Shown one piece after another: positions 9,351 through 21,534 of a stretch of 64,000 bases of DNA (positions within the stretch are counted from its first letter, which is position 1; every line of letters starts with the position of its first letter). The stretch lies in contig CAVVOP010000022.1 of the NCBI GenBank assembly GCA_963749915.1, positions 448,001 through 512,000 of the forward strand, read 5' to 3'. Position numbers and translations under genes: made by a program. The notes under the pieces were generated by a model. It worked only from the letters and a program-made list of their open reading frames with translations. It made no database searches and was not told the origin of the DNA. The stretch is from an uncultured cyanobacterium (GTDB lineage: Bacteria; Cyanobacteriota; Cyanobacteriia; Cyanobacteriales; Cyanobacteriaceae).

Positions 9351-11435
9351 CTATAAATTAAAAATTTTAGTTAAGGAAAAAGGAATAAAATTATTATTAA
9401 AATTTGTAGGACGAAATATATAGGCCTCTTGTCCTTCTAAAATTAAATTTTCATCAGAGTAAGCTACTGATAAGCCATCTTCTGAGGTTGATTGATGCTT
9501 GAAAAGATCAAAAACACTGGGAAGAGTGTCAAGATACTCCATAAAAGGAGGCATATTTTTTTCTAAACTATATAAATTGGCACTAGCAGATCTAACACTA
9601 GCCTTAAGATTTGCGTCTATGTAGATTAAATGATTTTTAGGTAAATCGATAACGGCGATATACTTAGTAAAGTTTTTTCCTTTGAGGGGGAAAGACAATT
9701 GACAGCGACGGGGTTCAAATAAATTTCCTTTTTCCGGATATTCTCCCCATTGCAAGGCAGCATAAACTTCTTTGGCTTCATCAAAAGATTGACGGGAGTA
9801 ACAAAGAATATTCCATAAAGCATATCTCACATTAGCCTGTAACAGTGATGGTAAGTATAAATCAATTAATTGACAAGCATCACCGTCCATGGTTTTACTA
9901 TTGGTAGGATCACCGGAAAAAATAGCAGCGTTATCTCCAAAATAAGGATAATCCCAGCAACAACTACCTAAAGGATTCCATAATTCATTAAAAAAGTTCC
10001 AACCGTTATCATACCAAATATTGTATTGTGTTTCTCCCGATCGCCAATAACTAGCTGTACGAATAAAGGTTATATTTTCGGGAATGGTGAATACTGTACC
10101 TCTTCCGTAAGAGGTGAGATCACTATCATTAGTCTGTAGTTTGATTAAATCTGTTTCAGAATCTAGGTTCACTTTTGGTACAATTGGACTGATTTTATTT
10201 TTGATTTCCTTGCCAATGACGGTTAATAGTCTTTCCTGAATGGGCGTTTCTACGGGTTGAGACTCTTGTATTTTTTGAATCTGCATTTTTGTCCAATTGC
10301 CTTTCGGGGGAAAAATTCGATAAAGACGATAATTGATAGTTTCTAAATATTTATATAGTTTGAGCAGTTGGATTGTTTTTAGTTGTGGAATTACCTGTTC
10401 AAAGGCGATCGCTCCTTCTAATCCAAATAAGCTGATGCAATTATGCAGTCGGCGATAAAATTCCCCCGGACGAGTGCTTAATAGTTGTAACACTTTGGGA
10501 TCTCTTTTTTCTAATAAAAATTCTAAACGACCGTTAAAAGTATTGAAAGTTTTTTTATTGTGATATAAGTGATCGTAGGCTACTACTACCTTAGAAAATT
10601 CTGAGCCATAATCTCCTGGATGCAACCCATACATTAATTTTTTCCAAATATTTTTTCTTCTCCAAATATCTTCCTCAAGGTTTGAGTTTTGATTGAGCAA
10701 AGTTAATAAAAATTTTCTTTCGTATCTTTTAAAACTGCGAAATTTACAAGGATTTTTTAAGCTAATATCCCCTTGTGATAAAGCGATCGCTAATCGTAAA
10801 ACATCAGTAGCCGAATTAACTTTAATCTGTTCGTTTTTTCCCAAATAATATTTTAATATTTTGATTAAATTTTCCTTAAAAATTATTTTATCAGTATCAA
10901 CTTTGTTCTCAAATTGACCTAATAAATAAACAATGTCGTGCCATTGTCCCTCAGTCCAACGATTAGGTAAATATAATAACTTTTCAAAAATTTGTAGTAA
11001 AGAATTGCTTTTACTAGGTTGTAAAACTCGAAGATTTAACTTTTCTTGAAGTTGGGGACGTTCTTTTTCTTTTTCAGTAAAAGAACCATGGGGAAGTCCC
11101 CAATACATTAAAATTTGTTTGAGCCAATATTGAGCCTCAGACATACTCAAAACTTCTTGGGGAAAATTTTTATAGACCACATAATCAGTCATTTTTTTAT
11201 CATCCCCCGTTATTTTTTTGAGGATTGGCTGAATTTTTTGCCACCAATCAGCAATATCTTTTTCGGAGGCATTATTTAACTGATGATAGGCAATTTCTGA
11301 CAGGGCGTAACCATAATAAGTTAGATTATTGATGATAGTTGCGATGGTGGTAATATTTCCTATAACGCCTGTGCAATGAGGGGGTAAAGGAATCAAATTG
11401 TGACGAATTAAAATTTCCGAGGCGTAGGAAGACAT
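9351..11435 (-). CDS. Large protein with C-terminal TerD-like region (resembles MXAN_6230/SCO0854-type proteins without the RING)
   Basis: YKNFPQEV, TDVLRLA..LS.GD.SL, RPGEF.RRL, RGT.F.I, FSGD.T...G.ACQLIDL motifs. Confidence 0.5.
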   Translation of the reverse strand: MSSYASEILIRHNLIPLPPHCTGVIGNITTIATIINNLTYYGYALSEIAYHQLNNASEKDIADWWQKIQPILKKITGDDKKMTDYVVYKNFPQEVLSMSEAQYWLKQILMYWGLPHGSFTEKEKERPQLQEKLNLRVLQPSKSNSLLQIFEKLLYLPNRWTEGQWHDIVYLLGQFENKVDTDKIIFKENLIKILKYYLGKNEQIKVNSATDVLRLAIALSQGDISLKNPCKFRSFKRYERKFLLTLLNQNSNLEEDIWRRKNIWKKLMYGLHPGDYGSEFSKVVVAYDHLYHNKKTFNTFNGRLEFLLEKRDPKVLQLLSTRPGEFYRRLHNCISLFGLEGAIAFEQVIPQLKTIQLLKLYKYLETINYRLYRIFPPKGNWTKMQIQKIQESQPVETPIQERLLTVIGKEIKNKISPIVPKVNLDSETDLIKLQTNDSDLTSYGRGTVFTIPENITFIRTASYWRSGETQYNIWYDNGWNFFNELWNPLGSCCWDYPYFGDNAAIFSGDPTNSKTMDGDACQLIDLYLPSLLQANVRYALWNILCYSRQSFDEAKEVYAALQWGEYPEKGNLFEPRRCQLSFPLKGKNFTKYIAVIDLPKNHLIYIDANLKASVRSASANLYSLEKNMPPFMEYLDTLPSVFDLFKHQSTSEDGLSVAYSDENLILEGQEAYIFRPTNFNNNFIPFSLTKIFNL

Positions 11436-11534
11436 AATATATCTATCACTTAAACTTACTATTCCTATAGTTGAACAAATGAACCAACATTGTCGCTAAT
11501 AATTGTTAATAATTGTTAATAATGAGCAAATTTA

Positions 11535-12054
11535 TCACTGACAAGGCACATCCAAAACACCCAAGCTTAAAATTAAATCATCACTATCAATCCCCAAAGC
11601 TAAATCTCGATAGTAGTATAATCCACGTTTCGGGGCAACAATTATGTTCTGAGGACGTTCAACTACCCCATTTTTCCCATAAAAAACTATTTGAATATAA
11701 CATTTTCCGTTTCCTCCGTGATAAATATCATAATCGTACATTGAATCGAAAGGGATTTTGTCTTGAGGAGAAATAGGGAAACAGCCTATTCCGCTGGGTT
11801 TGATGTTGCCGGACACCTCCACAGGAAAAACCCCTCTTTCAAGATAAGAACTTTCTATTTCGTTTGCGATACATTTCATGTCAACAATAGCTTGAGTATA
11901 ATGGGCTTTGTCGATTTGTGCCATTAAATTGGGATAGGCGATGGCTAGAAAAATATTAAGAATGACAATAACAATTAAAAGCTCAAGTAAAGTTAATCCA
12001 GCTTGATGATGTTGGAAGTTTGCAGAAAAAAAAAACTTTATGCTGCAAATACAT
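11535..12054 (-). pseudogene. Type IV prepilin-like gene frameshifted in a T10 tract
   Basis: Upstream in frame with ORF 11535-11924 lies QAG|LTLLELLIVIVILNIFLAIAYPNL. ATG at 12054, with RBS AAGGAGGAG, is in frame only if the A10 at 12026-12035 were A9 or A12. Confidence 0.8.
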
Positions 12055-12218
12055 TAAGTTTTGTCTCCTCCTTCTCATGGTCTTAATTAACATCAACATT
12101 TATTGCTCCTTTTTCACTTTTAGTCACTTACGCACTTAAGTGTTTTCCCAGTTTAGCCACTTTTGTTTGAAAATAGCTAGTTTGTTTGCACATCTAGCAC
12201 AATCTTTAAAAAAGCTCG

Positions 12219-12264
12219 AACTTCACAGAATCTTTATATCTCAAACTTCACAGAATCTTTATAT
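12219..12264 (+). repeat. 21-bp direct repeat AACTTCACAGAATCTTTATAT x2 in a divergent intergenic region
   Basis: Copies at 12219-12239 and 12244-12264. Confidence 0.85.
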
Positions 12265-12463
12265 AAAGAAAAGACCTTACAGAAAACTTATCCTGATTGC
12301 TATTATTGGCAATTTATCTGTGTTTTACATACAGACAAGATATAGCTATTTAAGCAAGGCGGTTTTTTATTTTTAAACCCTAAAATGTGCAAAATGTAAC
12401 CAGTCAATTAAGTTAAAATTTAAGACAATAACTTAATATTCTGAGGAGAATAATGATCATATT

Positions 12464-12667
12464 ATGACGATGGAAACATTAGAATTTATTATTTATGCCG
12501 ATGGCAGAGTTCAAGAAAAAGTTACTGGAATTGTTGGCAAGTCTTGTGAGGAGGTAACAGCAGCAATTGAAGCACAATTAGGTAGGGTTATCTCACAGGA
12601 AAAAACTGCGGATTATTTCAACGAAAAATTAACCGAAAATAATCAAATTCACAATCAAAGTTGGTAA
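12464..12667 (+). CDS. DUF2997 protein
   Basis: LEFIIY.DGRV.EKVTGIVG.SC.EVTAAIEAQLG; usual position before ycf35. Confidence 0.85.
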   Translation: MTMETLEFIIYADGRVQEKVTGIVGKSCEEVTAAIEAQLGRVISQEKTADYFNEKLTENNQIHNQSW

Positions 12668-12726
12668 ACTTTTATATATAAATCTCATTTTTTGTAAGAT
12701 TTAATTAACTTTAGTAACAGAATCTT

Positions 12727-13110
12727 ATGTCACATTTTAGCAGTATTAAAACTCAAATCCGTAATCTTACCTCCCTAAAGGCCGCCTTAGCTGATTTGGG
12801 GGTAGATTGGAAAAATGGTCCTTCTCCTGTAAGAGGTTATCAAGGACAAACTAACCAAGCTGAAATCGTCATTGAACAAGAAAATAACTATGACATTGGT
12901 TTTAGCTGGAATGGTCAGGAGTACGAGTTAGTCGCTGATCTACAGTACTGGCAGCAGCCTTGGACTGTTGATGGTTTTTTACAGCGTGTGACTCAAGGTT
13001 ATGCTTTACAAACAGTATTAAATGAATCCTCTCAACAGGGTTTTGCTGTTACTGAAAAACAAAAAAATGAAGATGGTTCAATTCGCTTAGTAGTTCAACG
13101 CTGGAGTTAA
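12727..13110 (+). CDS. ycf35: Ycf35 / DUF1257 protein
   Basis: MSHFS.IKTQIR, VRGYQGQT, YDIGFSWNG.EYELVADLQYW, DGSIRLVVQRW. Confidence 0.9.
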   Translation: MSHFSSIKTQIRNLTSLKAALADLGVDWKNGPSPVRGYQGQTNQAEIVIEQENNYDIGFSWNGQEYELVADLQYWQQPWTVDGFLQRVTQGYALQTVLNESSQQGFAVTEKQKNEDGSIRLVVQRWS

Positions 13111-13215
13111 TTATCCTTCTCATTTTTTTAAATATCATCATCACTAGACAAGGAGACTCCCTTCTCCTTGTTAACCCAGTTACAGAAACTAATTATCTTG
13201 ACCATTGGAAAAAAA

Positions 13216-13641
13216 ATGTTGGATCAACCAAATGAATTATTGACGACGGGATTTGAACCAGAATTAGGGGGAATTTGGCGAGATAACCCCGAAAGAAGCG
13301 GATTTGAGCCAGAATTAGGCGGAGAAGATCGGCAAAAAGGGGTTTATGTTGATGAAGCGACTTGTATCGGTTGTAAACATTGTGTTCACGTTGCCTCTAA
13401 TACTTTTTATCTTGAAAATGATTACGGGCGATCGAGAGTTTATAATCAGGATGGTGATACAGAAGAAATAGTGCAAGAAGCTATGGACACTTGTCCCGTT
13501 AATTGCATTCACTGGTTGGATTATACAGACATTAAGCAAAAAGAGGAGGCCCGAAAATATTTAGATGTACGTCCTTTAGGTTATCCTCAAACTCATAAAT
13601 TTCCCAAGCAGAAAAAAAAGACGAGGAGATTAGAAGACTAG
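13216..13641 (+). CDS. Bacterial-type ferredoxin (Fer4_13-like)
   Basis: VYVDE.TCIGCKHC...TCPVNCIHW; duplicated GFEPELGG; ATG 13216 preferred over TTG 13168. Confidence 0.85.
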   Translation: MLDQPNELLTTGFEPELGGIWRDNPERSGFEPELGGEDRQKGVYVDEATCIGCKHCVHVASNTFYLENDYGRSRVYNQDGDTEEIVQEAMDTCPVNCIHWLDYTDIKQKEEARKYLDVRPLGYPQTHKFPKQKKKTRRLED

Positions 13642-13748
13642 AAGACACAGAAAAAGTTCATTGTTAAATGACCTTTTAATTGACTACAATGAAAATAATA
13701 GTTTAATCTTGTCTAAGCGATCCATCAATCAGAAATGCTGAAGATAGA

Positions 13749-15116
13749 TTGAGACAGGAAAATATCGAGATCTATTGGACTTACCCCAGATTTATGAATC
13801 AGTCAGCAAAAAAACCTCCCATGAAACAAATGCTTCTCTTGAAACCAGTTTTAGCTACTTTGGCTACGGGTGGCTTACTCACTTTTTTAACTCCTCCCAT
13901 CGCCCAAGCAGAAATGACGGATAGCCCGAAAATGGTGGTAGATGAAGCTTGGCAGATAGTAAATAATGAATTTGTTGATCGCAATTTTAACCAAGTTAAC
14001 TGGCAACGTAAACGAGAAGAACTGTTAAAACAGAATTATAGCGGGAAAAAACAGGCTTACCGTGCTATCAATCAAGCCTTGAAAGAATTAGGTGATCCTT
14101 ATACTCGTTTTCTGCCTCCTGAACAATTCGAGATGCTTACCAGTCAGACATCAGGGGAAGTTTCAGGAATCGGGATTCGTATTGCCATTGATCCTCGCAC
14201 CCAAGATTTATATGTAATCGACGCCATTAAAAAATCTCCCGCCGCCGAAGCTGGGTTAAAAAGAGGCGATCGCATTGTCAGAATTGATGGTAAGCCCACG
14301 GCGTTAATGGGTTTAGATCAGGCATCAGAGGCATTAAAAGGAGAATTAGGATCTCAAGTAAGTATTGAGATTTCCAGGGAAAGAAAACCGGCATTTGAAG
14401 TCAAAATTACCCGTGGCCAAATTGAAGTCCCCTCCGTCGATTTTAGTTTGAAAAAAGAAGGAGAATTGAATGTTGGCTATATCAAATTAGATGAATTTAG
14501 TTCCCTGGCAGCTCAACAAATGAAAGAAGCCATTGAGGAACTACAAAAGCAAAAAGCCTCCGCCTTCGTTTTAGATTTGAGAGGTAATCCGGGGGGGTTA
14601 TTATTCGCCAGTGTTGATATTGCGAGAATGTGGATGTCCCAGGGCGAAATCGTGGATGTAGTCGATCGTCGTGGTGGCCATCGTAGTTTTCAAGCTAATA
14701 ACTCTGCTATTACTGATTTGCCTTTAGTAGTATTAGTTGATGGTAATTCTGCTAGTGCTAGTGAAATTTTAGCCGGGGCGTTAAAGGAAAACAATCGTGC
14801 TACTATTGTGGGTACAAAAACTTATGGTAAAGGTCTTGTACAATCAGTACATTCTTTATCGGATGGTTCGGGATTAGCGGTGACAATTTCTCGTTATTAC
14901 CCTCCTAGCGGTATTAATATCAATAAACATGGTATTGCGCCGAATATTGTTCAGAATATAAGTCGGGAAGAGGAGTCTATTCTTAGTCAAAATCCTTCCC
15001 TATTGGCTACCAACGCAGATCCTCAATATTCTAAGGCTGTCGCTGTTCTCAAAACGAGAAGTAAGATACCCAACCCCAGTGAAACTTCGGTTAATCCCAC
15101 GAGTCTTTTACAATAA
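13749..15116 (+). CDS. C-terminal processing peptidase S41A (CtpB-like); true start probably a downstream ATG
   Basis: LGDPYTRFL, PDZ GIGI, DLRGNPGG, SASASEI, TYGKG.VQ. Confidence 0.9.
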   Translation: MRQENIEIYWTYPRFMNQSAKKPPMKQMLLLKPVLATLATGGLLTFLTPPIAQAEMTDSPKMVVDEAWQIVNNEFVDRNFNQVNWQRKREELLKQNYSGKKQAYRAINQALKELGDPYTRFLPPEQFEMLTSQTSGEVSGIGIRIAIDPRTQDLYVIDAIKKSPAAEAGLKRGDRIVRIDGKPTALMGLDQASEALKGELGSQVSIEISRERKPAFEVKITRGQIEVPSVDFSLKKEGELNVGYIKLDEFSSLAAQQMKEAIEELQKQKASAFVLDLRGNPGGLLFASVDIARMWMSQGEIVDVVDRRGGHRSFQANNSAITDLPLVVLVDGNSASASEILAGALKENNRATIVGTKTYGKGLVQSVHSLSDGSGLAVTISRYYPPSGININKHGIAPNIVQNISREEESILSQNPSLLATNADPQYSKAVAVLKTRSKIPNPSETSVNPTSLLQ

Positions 15117-15192
15117 ATTTAACCCTTAAAGACCTAGTGGACGAGTGAGTGCGGAAATGAAACAGGGTTTTAAAATTCCTATTCAGCAAACC

Positions 15193-16545
15193 CTACTTGG
15201 ATTTCATCTTCCAACCTTCGATTACCCTTTGTTTTTCCCGGGCGATCCCCAGACTGTTGTCAGGAACATCATGGGTGATAACTGAACCTGCCCCAATGGT
15301 TGCATTTTTACCGATAGTTACAGGGGCTACAAATACGCTATTTGAACCTGTTTTTGTACCATCACCGATTATTGTGGGATGTTTATTAACGCCATCATAA
15401 TTAGCGGTGATTGTGCCTGCACCGATATTAACTTGATTACCCAAAATTGCATCGCCCAAATAAGATAAATGGGCCATATTAGTTTTATCGCCAATAGAAC
15501 TTTTTTTAATTTCGACAAAGTTCCCGACTCGACAATTTTCCCCTAATTCGACGCCTCCCCGTAAATGTGCATAAGGTCCTATTCTCGTATTAGCAGATAC
15601 TTTGCTATCGGTAATGACCGAATATAAAACCGTGATATTCTCGTCGAGTTGGCTATTTTCGATTAAACAACCAGGGCCAATTTTACAACCAGAACCAATA
15701 ACAGTATTACCCCGAAGATGAGTCTGTGGTTCAATAATTACATCCGTACCCAACTTTACCGTTTCCTCAATGGTGATACTGTCGGAATCTATCATGGTTA
15801 CACCAGCCATCATCCATGCTTCTTTTACTCTTGCCTGTAAAATATCGTAGGCTACGGCTAACTGACGACGGTCGTTTATACCACTAATTTCTAAATGATC
15901 ATCAACATCTAAGGCCATGACGGGAGCAAGATAATGCACCACCTCCGTGAGATAATATTCTTGTTGATCATTATTGGTGCTTAATTTCGGTAAAACTTCT
16001 TGCAATTTTTGCCAATGAAAACAATAAACTCCGGCATTGATACGACTATTCTTCTTTTGGGCCAAATTACAATCCCTATCTTCGATAATTTGAGTGACTA
16101 AATTATTGCCATCGCAAAAAACCCGACCGTAACCCTTTGGATTGGGTAAATTTGCGGTTAAAAGAGTGGCGGCGTTATTATTTTCCTGATGGGTTTTAAC
16201 TAGCTTTTGCACCGTTTCAGGACGTAATAAGGGCACATCTCCGTTTAAAATGATCAAATCCCCCGTAAAATCTTGTAGATGGGGTATTAACTGCACAATA
16301 GCGTGGCCTGTACCCAATTGTTCCCTTTGTTGCACAAATTCCAACCCTTGAAGATGATTAAGGGCATTTTCAATTTGTTGACCTTCATAGCCAATAATAA
16401 TCAATTGGCGATTGGGCTGTACAAGATCACAACTATTTATAGCCCTTTCCACAAGACTTTTACTTCCCAAGGGGTGTAAAACTTTAGGAAGTTTAGATTT
16501 CATTCGGGTTCCTTTTCCGGCGGCAAGAATTGCGACTGCTAGCAT
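15193..16545 (-). CDS. glmU: Bifunctional UDP-GlcNAc pyrophosphorylase / glucosamine-1-P acetyltransferase
   Basis: [38 protein letters not shown], hexapeptide repeats. Confidence 0.97.
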   Translation of the reverse strand: MLAVAILAAGKGTRMKSKLPKVLHPLGSKSLVERAINSCDLVQPNRQLIIIGYEGQQIENALNHLQGLEFVQQREQLGTGHAIVQLIPHLQDFTGDLIILNGDVPLLRPETVQKLVKTHQENNNAATLLTANLPNPKGYGRVFCDGNNLVTQIIEDRDCNLAQKKNSRINAGVYCFHWQKLQEVLPKLSTNNDQQEYYLTEVVHYLAPVMALDVDDHLEISGINDRRQLAVAYDILQARVKEAWMMAGVTMIDSDSITIEETVKLGTDVIIEPQTHLRGNTVIGSGCKIGPGCLIENSQLDENITVLYSVITDSKVSANTRIGPYAHLRGGVELGENCRVGNFVEIKKSSIGDKTNMAHLSYLGDAILGNQVNIGAGTITANYDGVNKHPTIIGDGTKTGSNSVFVAPVTIGKNATIGAGSVITHDVPDNSLGIAREKQRVIEGWKMKSK

Positions 16546-16585
16546 AAGATTATCTTATTTTGTTCGCCTTTGAGTATATATCAAT

Positions 16586-17443
16586 ATGGAAAGAAAAAGT
16601 TTAAAATTACCCAATAATATTAATTTATTTTACTCAGAATGGAATCAAGGAAAAGAGCCCTTAATATTACTGCATGGTTTAGCAGATCATCGCTTAGTTT
16701 GGTCAGAATTAGGGAATTTCCTATCAGAAAAATATCACATTATTGCTCCAGATCTAAGGGGTCATGGAGAATCTTCTAAACCCGAAACAGGTTACACTTT
16801 TGCAGAAATTATCGAAGATTTAGAAGCCCTATTACAGCATTTGAACATCGCTAAAATTAATATAATTGGTCATTCTTGGGGAGGAAAATTAGCTGCAATT
16901 TGGGTAACAAAAAAGCCTAATCTCTTTAATAGTTTAGTATTAGTTGATCCCTTTTTTATTGACAAAATGCCCAGTTGGTTCGAGCTCACTTTTCCTATTT
17001 TATATAAACTGTTGCCCTTTTTAAAAATGTTAGGACCTTTTCCTGACTATCAAAGTGCAGAAAATTTGGCTAAAACCCTAAAACAATATAAAGGTTGGAG
17101 TACTTTACAACAGGAAGTATTTAAAACAGGAATAGAACAAAAATCAGATGGAAAATGGGGTAGCAAATTTGCAATTCAAGCAAGAAATGAAATCTTTAGT
17201 GATGTGATGAAAGTTGCAGGATTAACGGAAAAAATTGATACTCCCACCCTATTTATTAAACCAAAACACGGTTTGAACCGCACTGAATTTCAATTAAAAC
17301 CCTATAAAAAATATCTGACCAATTTACAAATTAAAGAAGTCCCTGGTAATCATTGGCCTTTTTTAGTTGCGTCCGACCCCTTTAATCAAATAGTCGCCCA
17401 ATTTTTGATTTCAGTGACTACTGGAGTTCAGTCTAAAAATTAA
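16586..17443 (+). CDS. Alpha/beta fold hydrolase
   Basis: LLHGL, DLRGHGES, GHSWGG, C-terminal GNHW. Confidence 0.9.
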   Translation: MERKSLKLPNNINLFYSEWNQGKEPLILLHGLADHRLVWSELGNFLSEKYHIIAPDLRGHGESSKPETGYTFAEIIEDLEALLQHLNIAKINIIGHSWGGKLAAIWVTKKPNLFNSLVLVDPFFIDKMPSWFELTFPILYKLLPFLKMLGPFPDYQSAENLAKTLKQYKGWSTLQQEVFKTGIEQKSDGKWGSKFAIQARNEIFSDVMKVAGLTEKIDTPTLFIKPKHGLNRTEFQLKPYKKYLTNLQIKEVPGNHWPFLVASDPFNQIVAQFLISVTTGVQSKN

Positions 17444-17505
17444 CGGGAAAACCACAATGGAGTTGGAGAATTAAAGTTTGATAAAGTAATTCTATTCCTC
17501 TGCTT

Positions 17506-18993
17506 TCAATTGATGCCAAATTTTTGTTGTAATATTGCCAGAATTGTTGTAGCTTCTTCTGCATTTTTAGCCAAGCTAGCAAATTCCATAAATCTTTTTA
17601 ACTCTTTTTTCAGCAAATTACGCTCTATTTCCCAGATTTCACGCTCTAACACTGGCGGTATTACAATCATATCAAACAAAGTCGCCTCTTTTTTGCCGTC
17701 ATGGGGACGTAAAATTCTTCCCCGACGTTGAATAAATTGTCGAGGATTACTGCTACTGGCCAAAATTACCGCATTTTCAATCATGGGAATGTCGATGCCT
17801 TCATCTAAGCAACGAATGGCGACTAACCCTTGTAATTCTCCTGAAATTAGCTGTTGTTTGATTTTTTCCCGATCCTTTAAAGGGGTATCTGCTGTATAGG
17901 TGTTCACCCGATAGTTTAATTCCTTGCCCAAAATTCTCGTTACTGCCGCCAATTGGCGCTCATTTTGATTTATATGTCCATCTCCACAGTAAAATAAGGT
18001 CGCCTTCATGTCCAATCTTTTCGACATTAATTTTTTCAAGGCAATTAATTTATTGCTGGCAGTGGCAATTAAGCGCGATCGCCTGATTAATAATGCTTTA
18101 AGATTATGGTTATCTTCAAGGTTATTATTTTCTGATAAAGCCCAACCAATTTTTTTAGTTAATTTAGCATAATATAATGCCTCAATATCTGTTAATTGAA
18201 CTAAAATAGGATGATAATTATATTTAACAAGGGCTTGTTTTTCAATGGCATTGGCAAGGGTGAATTCTGGTTGTAAAACTTTGCCAAAATAATCAATTAA
18301 AAAATCTGTACCATCATTATCAAAATACCTTTCAGGAGTTGCTGATAATGCTAACCTTAAACCAATACTAGCAGGTAGAGATGATAACAAACGAGGCGAT
18401 CCTAAATTATGAGCTTCATCGCCAATTATTAAAGTTTTTTCTGGAAAAAATGGTATTTGAGATTGAAAACCATCACTAAGAAAAGTGGAATTAGTAGTAA
18501 TAATAGTTAAAAATTTTTGTTGATTATTCTGAACATGATAAAGTTGTCTGGAAAACTCACCTTGCCAATTACTAATGCTTTCAAAGGCTAAAATCGGTTG
18601 TAAATTAAATTTTGCTGTTTCTTCTGCCCACTGTAAAACTAGATGACGAAAGGGACAAATTACTAATAAGACCTGTAAATTGATTTGTTGATATAGTTCC
18701 GTAGCAATGGCTAAAGCAGTGATAGTTTTTCCGCTTCCTGTTGCCATTTTTAAGATCCCTCTGCCCCTATTTTTAAACCAATTAATTACTACTTGTTTTT
18801 GATAGTCTCTTAAAATTAAATTTTCAGGTAAAATAGGAATGCCATCTGAATATTGTTTATAGTAATAATTGACTCTCGGTTCCGCTAACTTATAATTATT
18901 TTTTTCTTGATAATTTTTAGCTAAAATATCCCAATTAATTTGACCATTAATATTTAGGTTATTTAATTTATTATCGATTTTCATAGAATCCAA
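17506..18993 (-). CDS. SF2 helicase, DNA phosphorothioation-system restriction enzyme type
   Basis: LRDYQ, MATGSGKT, GDEAHNLG, LSATPER, CLDEGIDIP, SSNPRQFIQRRGRILR. Confidence 0.75.
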   Translation of the reverse strand: MDSMKIDNKLNNLNINGQINWDILAKNYQEKNNYKLAEPRVNYYYKQYSDGIPILPENLILRDYQKQVVINWFKNRGRGILKMATGSGKTITALAIATELYQQINLQVLLVICPFRHLVLQWAEETAKFNLQPILAFESISNWQGEFSRQLYHVQNNQQKFLTIITTNSTFLSDGFQSQIPFFPEKTLIIGDEAHNLGSPRLLSSLPASIGLRLALSATPERYFDNDGTDFLIDYFGKVLQPEFTLANAIEKQALVKYNYHPILVQLTDIEALYYAKLTKKIGWALSENNNLEDNHNLKALLIRRSRLIATASNKLIALKKLMSKRLDMKATLFYCGDGHINQNERQLAAVTRILGKELNYRVNTYTADTPLKDREKIKQQLISGELQGLVAIRCLDEGIDIPMIENAVILASSSNPRQFIQRRGRILRPHDGKKEATLFDMIVIPPVLEREIWEIERNLLKKELKRFMEFASLAKNAEEATTILAILQQKFGIN

Positions 18994-19228
18994 TGAAATT
19001 GGTAATTTTTAGTAATTTTTTTTAAAATTATCGACTATTGTAACAAGATAAGCAACTATAGCGATTGCTTGTTCACAACAATGATATAGCAGTGGCTAGA
19101 AAGAAAAATTTAAACAACCCCCACAAAATGGTAGTTTATGATCTGAGGTCAATAAAAACTCAACTTAGATGATGTTCGATGATCTTTTTTGTCCGATAAT
19201 TGGTAAATTAACCTAAATATTGATATAA

Positions 19229-20395
<1,167 letters not shown>

Positions 20396-20518
20396 ATAAC
20401 AATTAGCAATTAACAATTATCCTCATATGGGTTTTTTCTTTAGGGCTTTACTAATAAGAGTAATTAAGTTCTTCTTTTATGATAGGATTACTTAGCTTGA
20501 GGGAATTACAAAAAAGAG

Positions 20519-21292
20519 ATGTTAGCTAAGAGAATTTTGCCCTGTTTAGATGTCAATGCCGGTAGGGTGGTTAAAGGTGTCAATTTTGTTGATTTAAAAG
20601 ATGCTGGTGATCCCGTTGAGTTAGCGAAGGTTTATAATGATGCTGGTGCTGATGAATTAGTATTTTTAGATATTACTGCCACCCACGAAGCCAGAGATAC
20701 CATCATTGATGTGGTTTATCGCACTGCCGAACAAGTCTTTATACCCTTAACGGTCGGTGGTGGTATTCAAACCTTAGAAAATATTAAAAATTTGTTAAGA
20801 GCAGGAGCTGATAAAATAAGTATTAACTCCACGGCAGTGAAAAATCCTGATTTTATCAATCATTCAAGCGATCGCTTTGGTAGTCAGTGTATGGTAGTAG
20901 CTATCGATGCTAGAAGGAGAAAAGATCCTAATAATCAAGGCTGGGATGTATATATAAGAGGCGGTAGAGAAAATACAGGCTTAGATGCTGTTGACTGGGC
21001 ACAAGAAGTAGCCAAAAGGGGTGCGGGAGAATTATTAATCACCAGCATGGATGCCGATGGAACGCAAGCAGGGTATGATTTAGAGTTAACTCGTGCCATC
21101 GCCCAAAGAGTCGAAATCCCCGTCATAGCCTCTGGCGGTGCAGGAAATTGTCGTCATATCTATGAAGCCTTAACGGAAGGAAAAGCCGAAGCCGCCCTAT
21201 TAGCATCCTTATTACATTATGGGCAGTTAACGGTGGCCCAAATCAAGGACTATTTACATAAGCATCAAGTAACCGTCAGGAAATCACCGTAA
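20519..21292 (+). CDS. hisF: Imidazole glycerol phosphate synthase cyclase subunit
   Basis: [39 protein letters not shown]. Confidence 0.97.
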   Translation: MLAKRILPCLDVNAGRVVKGVNFVDLKDAGDPVELAKVYNDAGADELVFLDITATHEARDTIIDVVYRTAEQVFIPLTVGGGIQTLENIKNLLRAGADKISINSTAVKNPDFINHSSDRFGSQCMVVAIDARRRKDPNNQGWDVYIRGGRENTGLDAVDWAQEVAKRGAGELLITSMDADGTQAGYDLELTRAIAQRVEIPVIASGGAGNCRHIYEALTEGKAEAALLASLLHYGQLTVAQIKDYLHKHQVTVRKSP

Positions 21293-21342
21293 AAACCCCT
21301 ACTACCTGGACATAGCCGATAGATATGTATAATTGAGGGTAA

Positions 21343-21501
21343 TCATCTTTCGACAGGGAACTGTTTGGACAATTCAAAAATAATCATGGCTGCTTCAAAC
21401 GCTTTTTGATAAATGACCAAATCTTTATGAGTTTGAATGGTTCTTTTTTCTCCTTCTCCCTTGTCCACTTTCCCCCCTTGTCTGCCTTGTCTCACCCCCA
21501 T
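21343..21501 (-). pseudogene. Truncated four-helix-bundle (23S rRNA IVP-like) gene
   Basis: Hand translation MGVRQGRQGGKVDKGEGEKRTIQTHKDLVIYQKAFEAAMIIFELSKQFPVER* matches the family N-terminus, then stops early. Confidence 0.7.
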
Positions 21502-21534
21502 GATAACTTTTATGTAAAAAACCTACACTTGTGA

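Noticed and set aside
12140..12376. 78-aa ORF
   Set aside because: Spans the repeat-containing divergent promoter region; GTG start and no motifs
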